Source: the human T2T-CHM13v2.0 reference genome, Homo sapiens
Assembly (NCBI RefSeq): GCF_009914755.1
Contig: NC_060947.1
DNA: 64,000 bases
Strand: one strand, 5' to 3'
In this document: positions 1 through 14,559 of the stretch, piece after piece
Numbering within the stretch: the stretch's first letter is position 1
How the letters are laid out: each line of letters opens with the position of its first letter
The notes under the pieces: model-generated
What the model was told of the DNA's origin: nothing
The model's database searches: none
Seen by the model: only the letters and a program-made list of their open reading frames with translations
Translations under genes and position numbers: made by a program

Positions 1-207
1 ATTGGATACTAACACTATTTGGTTCTGGAAGGTTGTCTTCATACATATAGTAGGTTCAGCTTGTTTTCTTTAGAAATGTAACAGCAGTAATTGGGTGGCA
101 CCTCAGACTAGCAAATATGCAACCCAAATCCAGTATACATAAAGTTCCTAGGATGCTGGAGGGAAAAAGAATCAGCTGGGAATAGGAGTGGCTCCTCTGG
201 GCATGCG

Positions 208-213
208 TTTATT
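208..213 (-). terminator. Candidate intronic polyadenylation signal AATAAA
   Basis: Plus-strand tttatt at 208-213, about 120 nt after the read-through stop. It is followed on the minus strand by a U-rich tract (ttctttttccc near 171-161). Confidence 0.5.
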
Positions 214-335
214 TCCCAGATATCTGAGACTTGGAGTGTGGCCTGCAGGGACCCTCCCAGCCAACGACTGGGCTCGCCATACCTTCCTCTTCCTAGAGTA
301 GGCGTTCAGCAGGTACTCGGTAAATGCAGGTTGAA

Positions 336-457
336 TTACAGAAACATCAAATAAGGGAGAGACGAAGAGAAGGTCCGAAGAGCCCCACACCATGCCACAT
401 GCAACAAGAGGAGGGTCGCTTGTTTTGGCCAGCGCCTGCTGGCCAGGCTCCAGTTAC
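336..457 (-). CDS. ARHGAP6: Alternative ARHGAP6 C-terminus by read-through of the exon 11 donor ([10 protein letters not shown]...SLPYLMFL*)
   Basis: Frame stays open about 40 codons past the donor to TAA at 336-338. AATAAA lies at 213-208 on the minus strand. I recall this tail from a short annotated isoform. Confidence 0.75.
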
Positions 458-726
458 CTTTCCCAAGCCTTGGTCCAGGAGAACTTTCCCTTGACTTTGA
501 CGACGACAAGTGGCCCACCAGCATAAACTGCCCTGGCACTCTGTAAAGCTTCTCCGAGCCCCCCGGGGCCGCGTCCTCTTGCATAGCCAGCAGGGAGCGC
601 TCAGACAGCACTGGGGAGTTGTTGTCATAAGGGGAGATGTCTCCGCTGGAGGCCTTGTTGGAGTCTGTAGATGAATGCCTCCCTCCCACGGAAAAGGAAA
701 CTTCCGACTGCAGCATGTCAGGGCTT
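458..726 (-). CDS. ARHGAP6: ARHGAP6 coding exon 11 (269 nt): (S)[11 protein letters not shown]...SSPGPRLGK(D)
   Basis: Acceptor ...tgtgccag|AAGCCC at 727-728 and donor GGAAAG|gtaact at 456-457. Phase 2 in, phase 1 out. Translation matches the ARHGAP6 post-GAP region (ORF 336..743). Confidence 0.96.
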
Positions 727-2061
727 CTGGCACAATGAGACAATTACAGGTGCGTGAGTTTGTTAACAAGTAGTGACCAGATTTAAACAATATGGCTATT
801 ACACAAATGACTGGAGGAGTATGCGTGGACACGGGCTGAAACAAAAAGACCATTTTGAGCAATGTTCCAAGACATGTACATCCATGACGTGAAAGGGTTT
901 CAACGATATGACCAGCAGAGGGCAGTAAAACCCAACAGATATAACAGGAAAAGGCAATGATGGAGAAGGCACGGTGAGAATGAAACCGACAAGGAGCCCT
1001 GCATTTGCCAATGGGCATCGCTAAGTGCCTCAGGGACTCATTCCTGCTTCCATTTTTAAGTGAAAGTCTGATGCTCACTATCTATTAGGTAAGGATACAC
1101 TAGTAGATAACTCTTTCACTTTCCTCAATATCCTGCATTAAAAATAATTCAGATAAAACTATGGTTGACACTTTGCTTGAAGTTCATTATGGCTTTCTGG
1201 ACAACTTTTCCATCCCACCAAAATACTTACTGTACTTAGTGTAAATAAATCCATCCTTCATGTGATAAAGATGTTGATGCCACCGGTGGGAATAAGTGTT
1301 TCATGTATAAAGTAGTGACAAAAACAATAAATATATGACCCTCACTAGACTCCATTTTATTCAAATACATCTAAAATGATTCTACAAGGCACTAGTGCTT
1401 TTACAAACTGATATGATGTACTAATTAGTATACCATTATCATAGTTCTGTGTTCATGAGTTGTCACAGAAACAGAAATAACAGTGAAAATGTATGTGGAA
1501 CAGAAAAATGAGAACTTGAGCAACGTGAAAAGAGCATGGGAAGTCTTACCTGGAAACATCTTTCTTTTCTACCCTCCTCAAAACTGGCCCTGACAACATC
1601 TTGAAGGGAAACAATCACAGATTGATTAAAAGTTCCAGAACCTACATCTTTTCCCCCTTACTTCACTTCTCTTTACTAGTCTTTGCTCTCTTTTGGCTTA
1701 ATTTTTCAAAACAAATCCTTTTTATTTCTTAAAGAAGGTAAACACATGCCTGAACAACACTTTCCTAACCAAATGGTTTTGTGCATGCAAACTGGAGGAA
1801 GTGCATTCACAGGGATCTAGCTTCCTCTGAGGTTTCCAGCAGGGGTTAATATCGCCGGGAAAAACATCCCAGCTTCTGTGATACTGCCACAGCCGTAACT
1901 GAGGCAAACACGGGCCTGAACCCTTTTGCTGAGGACATTTCCTACCAACATGGAATAAAGAAGCCCCTTCCTTGCCTCCTCTTTGAACTCTCATCACGTA
2001 ATCTTATGGGAAGGAGCCAGAGGACTGCTATGAGGATGATTTTCCAGGTCTGCAAGATCTC

Positions 2062-2410
2062 ATTGAGTGGTTGTGAAGTGCATCCCAGGGTGGCTGCATC
2101 TGTCTCACCTGGGAACTTGTTGGCAATGCCAATTCTACAGCTCCATTCTGGACCTACTGACAGGACTGGCTACACCATTTGTGGAGCCCAGTGCAAAATG
2201 AACATGTGATGCCCCGTGTTTAAAAAGCGTTAAGCATTTCAAGATGGCCACTGCAAATCAGTAAACCAAATGTGGGCTTCTTCTGAGTGTGGAGTCACAG
2301 CCCTGAAAGTCAGCTCTGCCTATTAAAAGGGAAACTCAGGGTGGGGCCAGCAAATTTTTTAAAGAATCCCTCCAGGTGATTCTGATGCACGGGGATGTTT
2401 GGGAACCTCT
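2062..2410. mobile_element. MER5A-type hAT-Charlie MITE interrupted by a MER45A-type element
   Basis: MER5A-like segments (cacctgggaacttgtt...gacctactga and gaaactcagggtggggccagc...ccaggtgattctgatgcac) flank an insert. Confidence 0.65.
2161..2318 (-). mobile_element. MER45A-like hAT-Tip100 MITE
   Basis: Ends caggactggctac...agtcagctctg, internal cccagtgcaaaatgaa. Degenerate 8-bp TSD cctactga/cctattaa. Confidence 0.7.
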
Positions 2411-3579
2411 AATAACCAAACCTTATTTTCCTCTCTCAATCTGTAGATGTGACAGTGGGCTAAAGGTCTGCTAAGAGCCAAATCAGGAGGGAAACCAAAG
2501 ATGGTAGCCAAAACTGCAGCATTGGCTGCCCTGGGAGTGAATGTGGTGGTCCTGACCTTGGGGTGACTGAGGCCACAGTTAGGAGAAGGAGGAAGGGTGT
2601 CCCCATCCCAGCCGATTCCTGGACCTCCTCTGTCTGCCTTAAGCAGGATCCAGACAACTGAATGTAGTGTAGTCCCATTGTGGATCAGAACATTTTGAAG
2701 TGAAAGGGGGGTAGGAAGTACCAGTGTAGTGTTCTCTGCTCTTCTGGTTCAGTCTCCTAAGTCAAGCCGGCAAAGTGACCACAGCTGGGCCCTCCATCAG
2801 GGAGGAAACAGTGGGGGTGGCTGAAGCGAATCCCTGGAGGTAGAGGTAGATGAGGTGTCTCATAGTAGACACAGGCTCTGAACCTCCTTGGGATGGCTGG
2901 GGTCACAGCCAGGGACATAGACAGAGGGGGCATCCAATGAGAGACGATGTCTTCTTTTCACAGTTTCCCCACCCCCCAGTGTATCCCAGCCATGGGAGGA
3001 GATACAGTGTGAGTACACATGGCAAGCAGTTTGGGAAATATACTTATGTGAAATATCCCCTTGGCCTGTGAGGAGAGTAAAAGTTAATATTTATACAGAG
3101 TTAATTATGTGGCAGGCACTGTACTAAGCTACTGTTAACAACTCTCCTTTTTCCTGACCTGAGTCTGGGATTGAGTGAAAGAAACAAGGAGCTGACTGAA
3201 TGCTGAATACCATGCTCTCTAGCAGCAGAGGCAGTTAGGGTTGGGATTCTTCTAGAATTTATTTGGTAGATAGTGTTCAACATTATTACAAATCAGTAGT
3301 AAAATGCTCTTTCTTACTTAGAGTTAATAGCCTTTTAAAATGTTTAAAATATTTCCCTATCATTTTATTGTCTTAGCAGAGGTCAGGAAGTGGCAGCCAA
3401 ATTTGCCTAAGAACCTATGTCCAAGAATTATCTTCTCACATGAAAGCACACCGATTAAAAAAAAAAGCTGTTTTATTCACTCCTCAGAACTCTCATAACA
3501 ACATAGGCAGTTCATAGATTTTTTAAAAAAATAGTGTCATTCTATTGTTTTATATCTGTCAGAAGCAAATCCAGGATCA

Positions 3580-3840
3580 ACATATATACACATACTCACA
3601 TATACATACATACCCAACACACACGCACATACATATACATATTCAGACATAAACACATACATATACATGCATCAACATATGAACACATACATATACATGC
3701 ATCAACATATGCACACATATACATATTCATAAACACATATACACACACACAAATATGACATAGACATGTACACATATACACAGACACATATTACATATAC
3801 ACATAAATGCAACTATATACACATGCATATACACATACAC
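3580..3840. repeat. (CA/TA/CATA)-rich low-complexity repeat with a 30-bp tandem duplication
   Basis: aacacatacatatacatgcatcaacatatg occurs twice at about 3652-3711. Confidence 0.85.
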
Positions 3841-5107
3841 CCACTTAGGTGATACAATTGGAAGTAAAGACACAGAACAGAGAGAGAGTAGGATTGCTGA
3901 ATGGAGGCTGGAGTCCGGAGAAATTTCCAGAGACTTGGAAGCAGAATTGTGAGGGCCTTTCAGAGCATGTCTCTCCTGTAATGGGGGCTGGGCATCCAGT
4001 CATTGTGGATACCTTCATTACACACCTGTGCTTCCTGTGTCTGTCCATTTTCCATTTTCCACTTCTAAATCTTTCTATTCTATCCCAGTTTCTGAAACAT
4101 TTCTAAGTTTATGGAAGCTATTGTAAAAGCAGCTTGTCAAATTTATAAATCAGGTAAAATCTATAAAGTTCTGTAAGATTTTCCATATAAAAATCACAAA
4201 TCAAAAAACAAATTCTTATAATCCAGAAATTCTGCAAGAAGACAGGGTGTGAATAAATCCGGGTGTAGTGTAGTGGAAATGTGGATGGTAAAAGTTTATA
4301 GGAAAGGAAATTTCTCTGACCCTGAAACCTAGAGATAAAAGTGAGAAAAGAAAGAAAAACTACCTTTCAGGCTACAACTGTCAGAGAAGTGGTTGTCTGC
4401 CAGGACCAGGGTGCCTGATGGTGGCTAAAACCCATCATTGTGAGTCAGCTCTGGGAGCTTCTTGAGTGGGCATTACCTTCCTACAAACCAGTTCCAATTG
4501 GCAGCACTCTAATTTCTGAACACTGGTGGAGAAATGGGCCCAGGAGGGGAGGTTTTAGTGATTTTCCACAGGACACTCAGTGTCAAATCTAGAAAACCAT
4601 ACCATCTTTTGGATATGTCCGAAAAATGAGATAAGCAACCACAATGTTTTCTCTCAGATTTGACTCTAGGATAATCCAACCCTAAGAAGATAGTTTTGAG
4701 TTCAGGGTCCCAAATAAAGGCATTAAAATACTCATGTATCTATTTACATGAAATTTTTACTCTGATCAGTGATTCACTAGATGAGGAATAGTCTAAAAGC
4801 ACATAGTGACATCTCTTTGTATGTCTTGGAGTTTGATGGATTGAGGTTCAGAATGTTGGGTGAATGAGTTGCCAGTTGACATAAGTTGGCATCCAAAAGT
4901 GCCTGGTGGCTTCTCTTTCCAGTCTCAGAGCATCATGGATTGAGGTTGGGTGGACAGGTCACCAGTCTACATGGGTTTGCCTCCATGCATGGAGGGTTTC
5001 CCCGTTAGACCCCCAAACCCCAGGACCATCTACATACAGCATGCATGGCCAATCTCAGCTAACCAGACAAGCAAGGGATGGGCATGGAGAGCGAGTCACA
5101 TTCTCAC

Positions 5108-5197
5108 CCTTAGCTGGTCCCTCCAGGTCAGGGCGTAAACATGCTGGCAGGGTACTGTGGGCAGGCCTGCACTGCAGCCGGAAGCACAGAACTTGTT
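5108..5197 (-). CDS. ARHGAP6: ARHGAP6 alternative cassette exon in intron 10 (90 nt) with in-frame stop: (S)TSSVLPAAVQACPQYPASMFTP*
   Basis: Acceptor gttttccatttgtccccag|AACAAG and donor CTAAGG|gtgaga. Entering in phase 2 from exon 10 gives TGA at 5130-5128. The peptide matches my recollection of an annotated truncated ARHGAP6 isoform. Confidence 0.75.
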
Positions 5198-6049
5198 CTG
5201 GGGACAAATGGAAAACTCCGGTTCAATCACCGGATGGGGCCCGCCCAGCACCTTGCTGAGCTACCCCAGCAAGAAGAACTGTGGAGGTTTCAAATGTGTG
5301 TTGGCTTCATCCTTGGCTTAATCATATGACTGATAAGTTCCAGTCTGTTGGAACTGAAAGCATTGTATCATCCATCTTGGATTATATCAATGGTACTGGG
5401 AAAGGAATCCACTGCTGGAGCAGCTTTGGAATCATGAAGAATGTGCACATTAATCACCATCAGTTCTACAAAGCCTCCCTTTGACAGATTGCTAGGGATA
5501 AAGGTACCCCACTTCAAAGAGGAACTGACATGGCTCTAAACTCTCCACTGGATGATGAAGCTAACACCCTGGGCATAAGCCTTTGGTGAAATTTTTCCCC
5601 TCATTTTTAGTCCTTATTAATTCCCTCCTAATGTCTCTGGCAAATGGAGCACTTATGACAGGTGAAGATCAGACAGTGTTGTTTTCATTATTTACAGAGG
5701 GCCTGATAAAAACATCTTCAAATTAACATTCTGCAAATTTATAAAGAAGCTGTGAATCATAGTGAAGGTGTGAGGAAGGAAGGGGTAATGTGATACATTC
5801 TCCCTCCATCTTGAATGCCTTTCCATAGAAGGCATATATGCACACATTTTAGAATTTTTCATTATGGAATTCTCTATTCCACATAAGCTTTTTCTAAAAC
5901 TATCTGGCTGGAAAGACTTTCTTGAATGGAGTATGTGTGTTGGGGGAGGGGGGCAGGGGCAGTTAATGCTTCATAATTTCCAGGGTATTGAGGCCAACAG
6001 CTACCGCCACTCAATAGGACTCTTTGCTGTTACATTGTACTGGTAAAGT

Positions 6050-7530
<1,481 letters not shown>

Positions 7531-7739
7531 CTGTGATTCCTTTGTTTTGTTGCAAATATTCACATTCAACATATCCTGTCCTGTTTGATTAACCTCCCAT
7601 TCTCATTCCCTATTTCCTCACATCCTTAAATCAAAGGGTAGGGGAACTATTTTAAGTACCTTTGAAGAAAAGAGCATATATAATGCTAGTAAACATACCT
7701 GACAAGTATATATTTTTAAAAATCAAAGTCTTGCTTTCT

Positions 7740-7979
<240 letters not shown>

Positions 7980-9287
7980 TGCATTCTTAGTCATAAAAAT
8001 CTCTTCTAATCCCCCTCTGGCATCCCGTTTTGGTTGAAGCCAAATACTTAAGCAGACAAGCACGAGAAAAAACAAGGAATTATCCTTTAACTCCTCCAAT
8101 ACCGATGTTGCATAAAGAAGTGAAAAACCCAAATCAAAACAAAATATTAAGTTCCCAAATATCACTAAATGTTTGCTCTTTCAAAACAGAAATTATAATA
8201 TTTTCTTGTTCTTGGTTTTACACTCTTTTGAAACTTGTTTCTTTTCCCCTCCAAATAAAATCTTGTGCAGTTTCCACTTGGCCTCACAGGAATGTAAAGC
8301 TTTGTTTAGGTATGTGAACTGGTGGCAGAGAACAGAAGCTTCAGGAAAAAAAAATCAAAGGGTTAGAAGCAAATATAGTGTTTGCTTTTAGACACAATGC
8401 TATAACTTAAAGTGAACGGGTTCTCTCTTGTGTCATATTGCCTGGAAGGTTGCTATCTCATGAAAACCAAAGTAGAATCTAGTGATGGCCACGCCTTTGG
8501 TAAGTAGTTGTAAATGAGCAAATTGGTGATGTTTATGATATACCAGACTATACACTAAGAGCATAATTCTGTATTTAAGTTGGTGCTACTTTTTATCTCT
8601 AGTTTACAGATGAGGAAACTAGAGAGAGAGATCTATCTATGTATTAACAGATATTAACTCTTAACTAATAGACCGCATATATAATAGCAATAGAAATGGA
8701 ATTGAAACGTAGGCAATCTGGCTCTGGATCTGAAATGGTAACCAGTCTATTAAACTACACAAGCATGTGTTATTGACAGATAACTGACTACACAAACATG
8801 TGTTACTGATGGATAATTGACTTGCCAATGCAGCCAGCACCATCTGGCAGTTTAGGGTACTGTAATTTACTATAATTTAGCCTTACAGTAATCTATTGTC
8901 ACTGCTTCTTGACTTAAGCACCACCCCTCAGCCTGCCATTTAAGGGCTTCTACCTTCACTGCTGGCCAGCCTCTTTATTGTGACCCCAGCTAGCCAACAT
9001 ATTTACTGTTATGTCCAGGTCCTGGTGCAAGCTCCCCAAATATCCAGGCTTGTTTATATCCTCCACAGTCTTCAAAGTTCACTGCAAATCCTTCCTCTTC
9101 TCAGAAGCTATCTCTGAGACTTCAAATCACACCTCTTTTCCTTCTCCAAACTCCAAGTGGATTCATGGTCTGGAGCATTGATTCCCTTCCTTTGTCAACA
9201 CAAGGATGCCTTTTTAATGTCAAAAATCACCCAGCTCAAACTCCCACATGATAGTAAATTTGTGATATCCAACGTGGTAGATCTAAG

Positions 9288-9470
9288 CTAGAGGTTCTTA
9301 ACCCTGGTTGCTCATTAAAATCATGCAAGAGACTTTAAACAAAAATCCGAATGTCCAGATTGCAGCCTATGAAAATGAACCAGAATCTCTGAGGGGTGGC
9401 CCAGGCATAGTTGTTCTTCAGGCTCCCAGGTGATTCCAAGGGGCTGGTGAGTCTGACAGCCAGTGGGCCA
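9288..9470. mobile_element. MER5-family hAT-Charlie MITE
   Basis: ggttcttaaccctggttgctcattaaaatca...cagaatctctgaggggtggcccaggcat...ctcccaggtgattc. Confidence 0.6.
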
Positions 9471-9562
9471 GCACCTATTGTTTGGCATTCTACCCTTGGA
9501 GGCCTCCTCCAACAAGTCTGAAAGCTCCTAAAAGCAAGAATATACTTTGATATTTTAAGCTT

Positions 9563-9722
9563 TTTAAACTCAAAGTGTGGATCATGGACCAGTAGTATCA
9601 GGATCACTTGGGAGCTTGTTAGAAATTCAGATTCATAGACTACCTCCCCGAGTCCTACTGATTCAGAAAGAGCATTTTAACAAGATCTGGTGATACCCAT
9701 GCATAGTAAAGTTTGAGAAGCA
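9563..9722. mobile_element. MER5A1-like MITE
   Basis: ctcaaagtgtggatcatggaccagtagtatcaggatcacttgggagcttgttagaaat...aaagtttgagaagca. Confidence 0.7.
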
Positions 9723-9756
9723 TGAGTGAGTGAGTTTAAAACACAAAAAGACCACC

Positions 9757-10061
<305 letters not shown>

Positions 10062-10282
10062 TCAAGCCTCAAAAGACCACTAAAAGTAAACACTCATTTA
10101 TTAACATATGCATTTTTACTTCATGACATCATTCTCTGCCTTCTGGGCTGTTCCTTGGCCTGTACCTAGAGGAACACAAACAAAAACCAAACACTTTCTT
10201 CTCCTAAGTAAGTCTTCCCCCAGTGTTTTCTGTTCACTGATAATGCTAGTCTCTGACATACACAGAGCTCCTATGGGCTCAT

Positions 10283-10729
10283 TCTTCTTTTTATTTTATT
10301 ATTATTATACTTTAAGTTTTAGGGTACATGTGCACAATGTGCAGGTTTGTTACATATGCATGCATGTGCCATGTTGGTGTGCTGCACCCATTAACTCGTC
10401 ATTTAGCATTAGGTATATCTCCTAATGCTATTCCTCCCCCCTCCCCCCATCCCACAACAGACCCCGGAGTGTGATGTTCCCCTTCCTGTGTCCATGTGTT
10501 CTCATTGTTCAATTCCCACCTATGAGTGAGAACATGCGGTGTTTGGTGTTTCTGTCCTTGCGATAGTTTGCTGAGAATGATGGTTTCCAGCTTCATCCAT
10601 GTCCCTACAAAGGACATGAACTCTTCATTTTTTATGGCTGCATAGTATTCCATGATGTATATGTGCCACATTTTCTTAATCCAGTCTATCGTTGTTGGAC
10701 ATTTGGGTTGGTTCCAAGTCTTTGCTATT
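10283..10729 (-). mobile_element. 5'-truncated young L1 (L1PA2/3-like) 3' end: ORF2 C-terminus plus 3' UTR
   Basis: ORF 10399..10752 contains IAKTWNQPKCP..IDWIKKMWHIY.MEYYAAIKN.EFMSFVGTWMKLETIILSKLSQ. L1 3'UTR with G-rich tract and A-rich tail. Confidence 0.95.
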
Positions 10730-11717
10730 TTCTTGGAAGCCCTGACACTCACCTAAGATCTTGGTCTAGGGTCTGCTCACCTACACTTTAAAATTCTACT
10801 TCTTACTCTTACGGATAGGGAACAGAAGGGGCTGGACAATTGTACAGCTTGGAATGGGCTTAATATGTGTGCTTCTTCCTTTTCCTAATAGAAGAGAAAG
10901 AAAGGTTCGCTTTTTACCACAGCATTTATATGCAAAGAGTGTATTTGAAAACCATGTAAAAAAACTTCTATCAACTGTTCTTTAAAGTATAGTATTTATC
11001 TATCTCATAATGCCACACAAAAGCAGAAATTTGGCCAGGCAAAAATCAGTGGTTTTCCTCAAAAGTGTGTGTTTTGTAGCTTTCCCACACAGTACCAACC
11101 ATATGTTATAAGTGCAGTTTAAATGAGGGGCTCATAAATGGAAATGCCAGCATGTCTCTTTTCTGTACAAGGGAGGGAAATAAATGAGTTTATCAAAATT
11201 ATGGTGGTGCATGATCTGCTGAAAAGAAAAGCCATTTGTTAATATAAATTAGGACTTATACCTTGATGAGGGTTAGAAATCTAGGAAAAATTTAAATGTA
11301 AGCCTAATTCTCTGATATGAAAAGCAAGACCATAAAATACTAGCTCATCTATACAATTTGAATATAATTTTATTCACTCATGGCTCTTGGGGCTTGAATC
11401 CAGGCCTTACTTTCAACAGAATTTGGTCCTATTTGAATCAGAATTTGGCCTGATAATGAATGGCCCAGACACAGATTTTTTAAAGTAGATCTGAAAGGAT
11501 AATCCAATTAAAAGGTCTTCCCTGCTAAGCTGGAAATGGAGTGAAGCTGAATTTAGCTGTGCTATCAACGTAATGACCTGGGAAAGAAGGAGGTTGAACA
11601 ACATGGAATTCCTTTTCACCAAATTTTTCTAAATAATATAACTTTTTAAGTATCTGCAATAATCATGAGTGAAAATTAATTTATCAAGTTCAACACCAAT
11701 ATACAGGAATAACTTAA

Positions 11718-12069
<352 letters not shown>

Positions 12070-13006
12070 TAGGAGCTTATCATTGGTTATAAGATTAGTC
12101 TCAATTTCAGAGATCATAGGTCATGGGAGAAACGTATCTTAGAATTGCTGAAATTTAGTAGGTTAAAAGTATAACAAAAGTGATAATTTTGTAAGAGCAT
12201 AGCAACAACTTTTCCTGTCACAAATTTATTGTTTGGTGTCCTGGTGATGATACTACTCCTGGTTAATGATGCTATATTATGCCCTTAACTGGTTATGCCA
12301 AATGCTCAGCATCCCCACACCCTCTGCCTCTGCAGCAAAGATTGGAAGTAACCATAAAATCTGACTAATGCAAAAACTCTGTGCTCCTCTTTTGGGAGCA
12401 AAAATGGCAGCAAGCCATAGCCTGCAGCATGGCTTGCATTTTACTAATTGCAAACATGAGTGCATGTAGAAACCCATGTGCATTTTTATCAAAATAATAC
12501 TAGCTATAAAAAGTGGGAGAGCCAAGAAGGTGCACACCTCTAATTTCAAATGGGCACCTAGGCCTCAGCTAAGGTCTGTCTTGTGGTTTGATAATGGGTT
12601 AATCCCACTGGTAAAGCTGCACAAGCAAGATGCATCCAGGCGCAGCCTTAAGGGCCCCTATGCACGCTTATCAGAATTCTAGAAGTAGAATCATTGACGT
12701 GTATTATAGTCCCTTGCCAGTAATTTGTGCTTTTTCCCTGTAAATGAAGTCAAAAGGACCCTGAGAGGCTAGAGAAAGCTGAAAATAAAACAGAAAAATC
12801 TTGTAATGTGGTTTCTAATTTGGTAAGTGGATTGATGGGACCCGAAGCATTTTCTGGTTAGATGGACTGATCAGAATTGCCAAAGAGTTGCCAAAATTCC
12901 ACTTCAGGTCACCCTGCATGTACTTATGTAAACCTTTCCAATTTCTCAGAAATGGAAATAGAAATCTCCAATGCGGCTTTAGAAGATGGAACACTGGAAT
13001 ACTCAC

Positions 13007-13104
13007 GATGATTGGGAAGCCTTTCTTCTGAGTAAATAGTCCACGACATCAGGATCGGTCTCTAACAGGCTGATCAGCACTTCGTTCTGGAGATCTGGGG
13101 GAAC
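13007..13104 (-). CDS. ARHGAP6: ARHGAP6 coding exon 10 (98 nt): [32 protein letters not shown](S)
   Basis: Acceptor ctccttcag|GTTCCC and donor ATCATC|gtgagt; phase 0 to 2. Confidence 0.96.
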
Positions 13105-13427
13105 CTGAAGGAGCCAAATGTTGAGGCATAAATAAAACCATTCCAGAAACAGGCAACATATGGTCACTGACAATTTTACTGTAGCACAAAACAGAGCCCT
13201 AAAAGCTGCAAGACAGCAGAATGATTTGCTGGTTAAAACCAAACCTACGCCAACCCATGCAGCTGCTTTAATTCTTAGGACCAACTGGATGATTACCAAT
13301 AGTCATATTCAATCCAAAATGTCACCCCTCATATGCCTGGAGATACAACTGAACCACTTGGATGCCTTTATTGCTCAGGTTAGATTTTCTTGGTTTTGAA
13401 TAAGGAAAATATCATGGTTCAGAGAAA

Positions 13428-13545
13428 TAGTGTCCATAATTTATTGCCCAATGGGGGCACTTTCTAGAGTTCACATTTATAATTATGCCAAGGCAGCAGG
13501 CAGAAATGATGACTGTATTGGGCAGTTCTGGAATATATGATCAGT
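13428..13545. mobile_element. MER81/MER94-like hAT-Blackjack MITE
   Basis: cataatttattgcccaatgggggcactttctagagt...aattatgccaaggcagcaggc...gactgtattgggc. Confidence 0.45.
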
Positions 13546-13559
13546 TTATTAAGAAGGCA

Positions 13560-13800
13560 GGCCCTTGAGCCAGACTGCTTGGGTTTGAATCTTAGCCACG
13601 CCAGTCACTAGCTGTGGGACCCTTGACAACGTACATCGACAAGGATCTTCCTAGATCTCAGTTTGCTCACGTGTAAAATGGGGATAACAACAGTACTCAC
13701 CACGAAGCATTGCTATGGTGATTAAATGACTTATTATATGTTGAGACTTTAAAACAGTACTTGGTCAATGGTAAATACTCAAAAAATTGCTGGCTACTAC
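13560..13800 (+). mobile_element. MIR SINE
   Basis: gagccagactgcttgggtttgaatcttagc...ctcagtttgctcacgtgtaaaatggggataacaacagtactcacc. Confidence 0.75.
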
Positions 13801-14559
13801 ATTTGCATATGTCACTTTATTATTCGGTGCCTGCCTTTACTCCTTTCTTGCACCTGGTCCATCAGTGATGAAAAGTTTCTCACTTTGTAATTTGTTAGGC
13901 ATCCAGTAGAGTTCTATAGATGAGCATCATATATTTCTCTAAGCCTAATCCATCCACAGTACATTAGAAGATGGCCTCACAACCCTAAGTCATCTGTGTG
14001 GAAATGTTCTATAAGAGATGATTGAACCCAGCTCTGACTTGTGGTTTCTTATTCCATAGAAGCTGATAGCTCAACCAAAGGAAACTCAAAACTATTGAGA
14101 GAAAATAAAATTTCAGTCTGATTCTCTCACACATGAGCTCAGAGAGAAGACTTTTTAAAACTGCAGGGTTAAGTCTTCTGAAAATAAGTGGTTGGTGGAA
14201 GAATTTGCTTCTTGCCTCTTGCAGAACTCTACAGTTCTTGAGCTCTGAGAATCTGGAAACAATTTTATTAATAAAAACAGGGATGAGAAAGCAAGGAAAT
14301 GTGTTCTGTCTCTTACAAATCTGTTCCTCCTACTTTATCGTGAACCTTCATTAATGACATTGCCAACTTCTAATCACGCAAGCTCAAGATCTCAGAATTG
14401 TACTAAAGCTTCTCTGCATCCTCTCTCCATTCAGAGCCAGGAGGCCTACTAGACTTCATCTCTGTTACTTCTTTTCTCCCTTTTCCATTCCAACTGCAGA
14501 GACTCAAGTTCAAGCCCTCATTAGCCTTTTGTAGTGGTCATCTGTTCATCATTAAAAGT

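Noticed and set aside
347-1078. 243-aa minus-strand ORF overlapping exon 11 in another frame
   Set aside because: Non-ATG start, no recognisable domain, and overlap with a GC-richer real exon that lowers stop frequency. Normal splicing does not enter this frame.
3534-3840. Repeated 30-mer and His/Ile-rich ORFs, superficially like a spaced array
   Set aside because: Simple CATA/TA slippage repeat with no unique spacers; not CRISPR-like or coding.
5281-5484. Plus-strand ORF with protein-like composition (MTDKFQSVGTESIVSSILDYING...)
   Set aside because: Short, with no homologue or splice structure I can recognise; may be a decayed ancient repeat.
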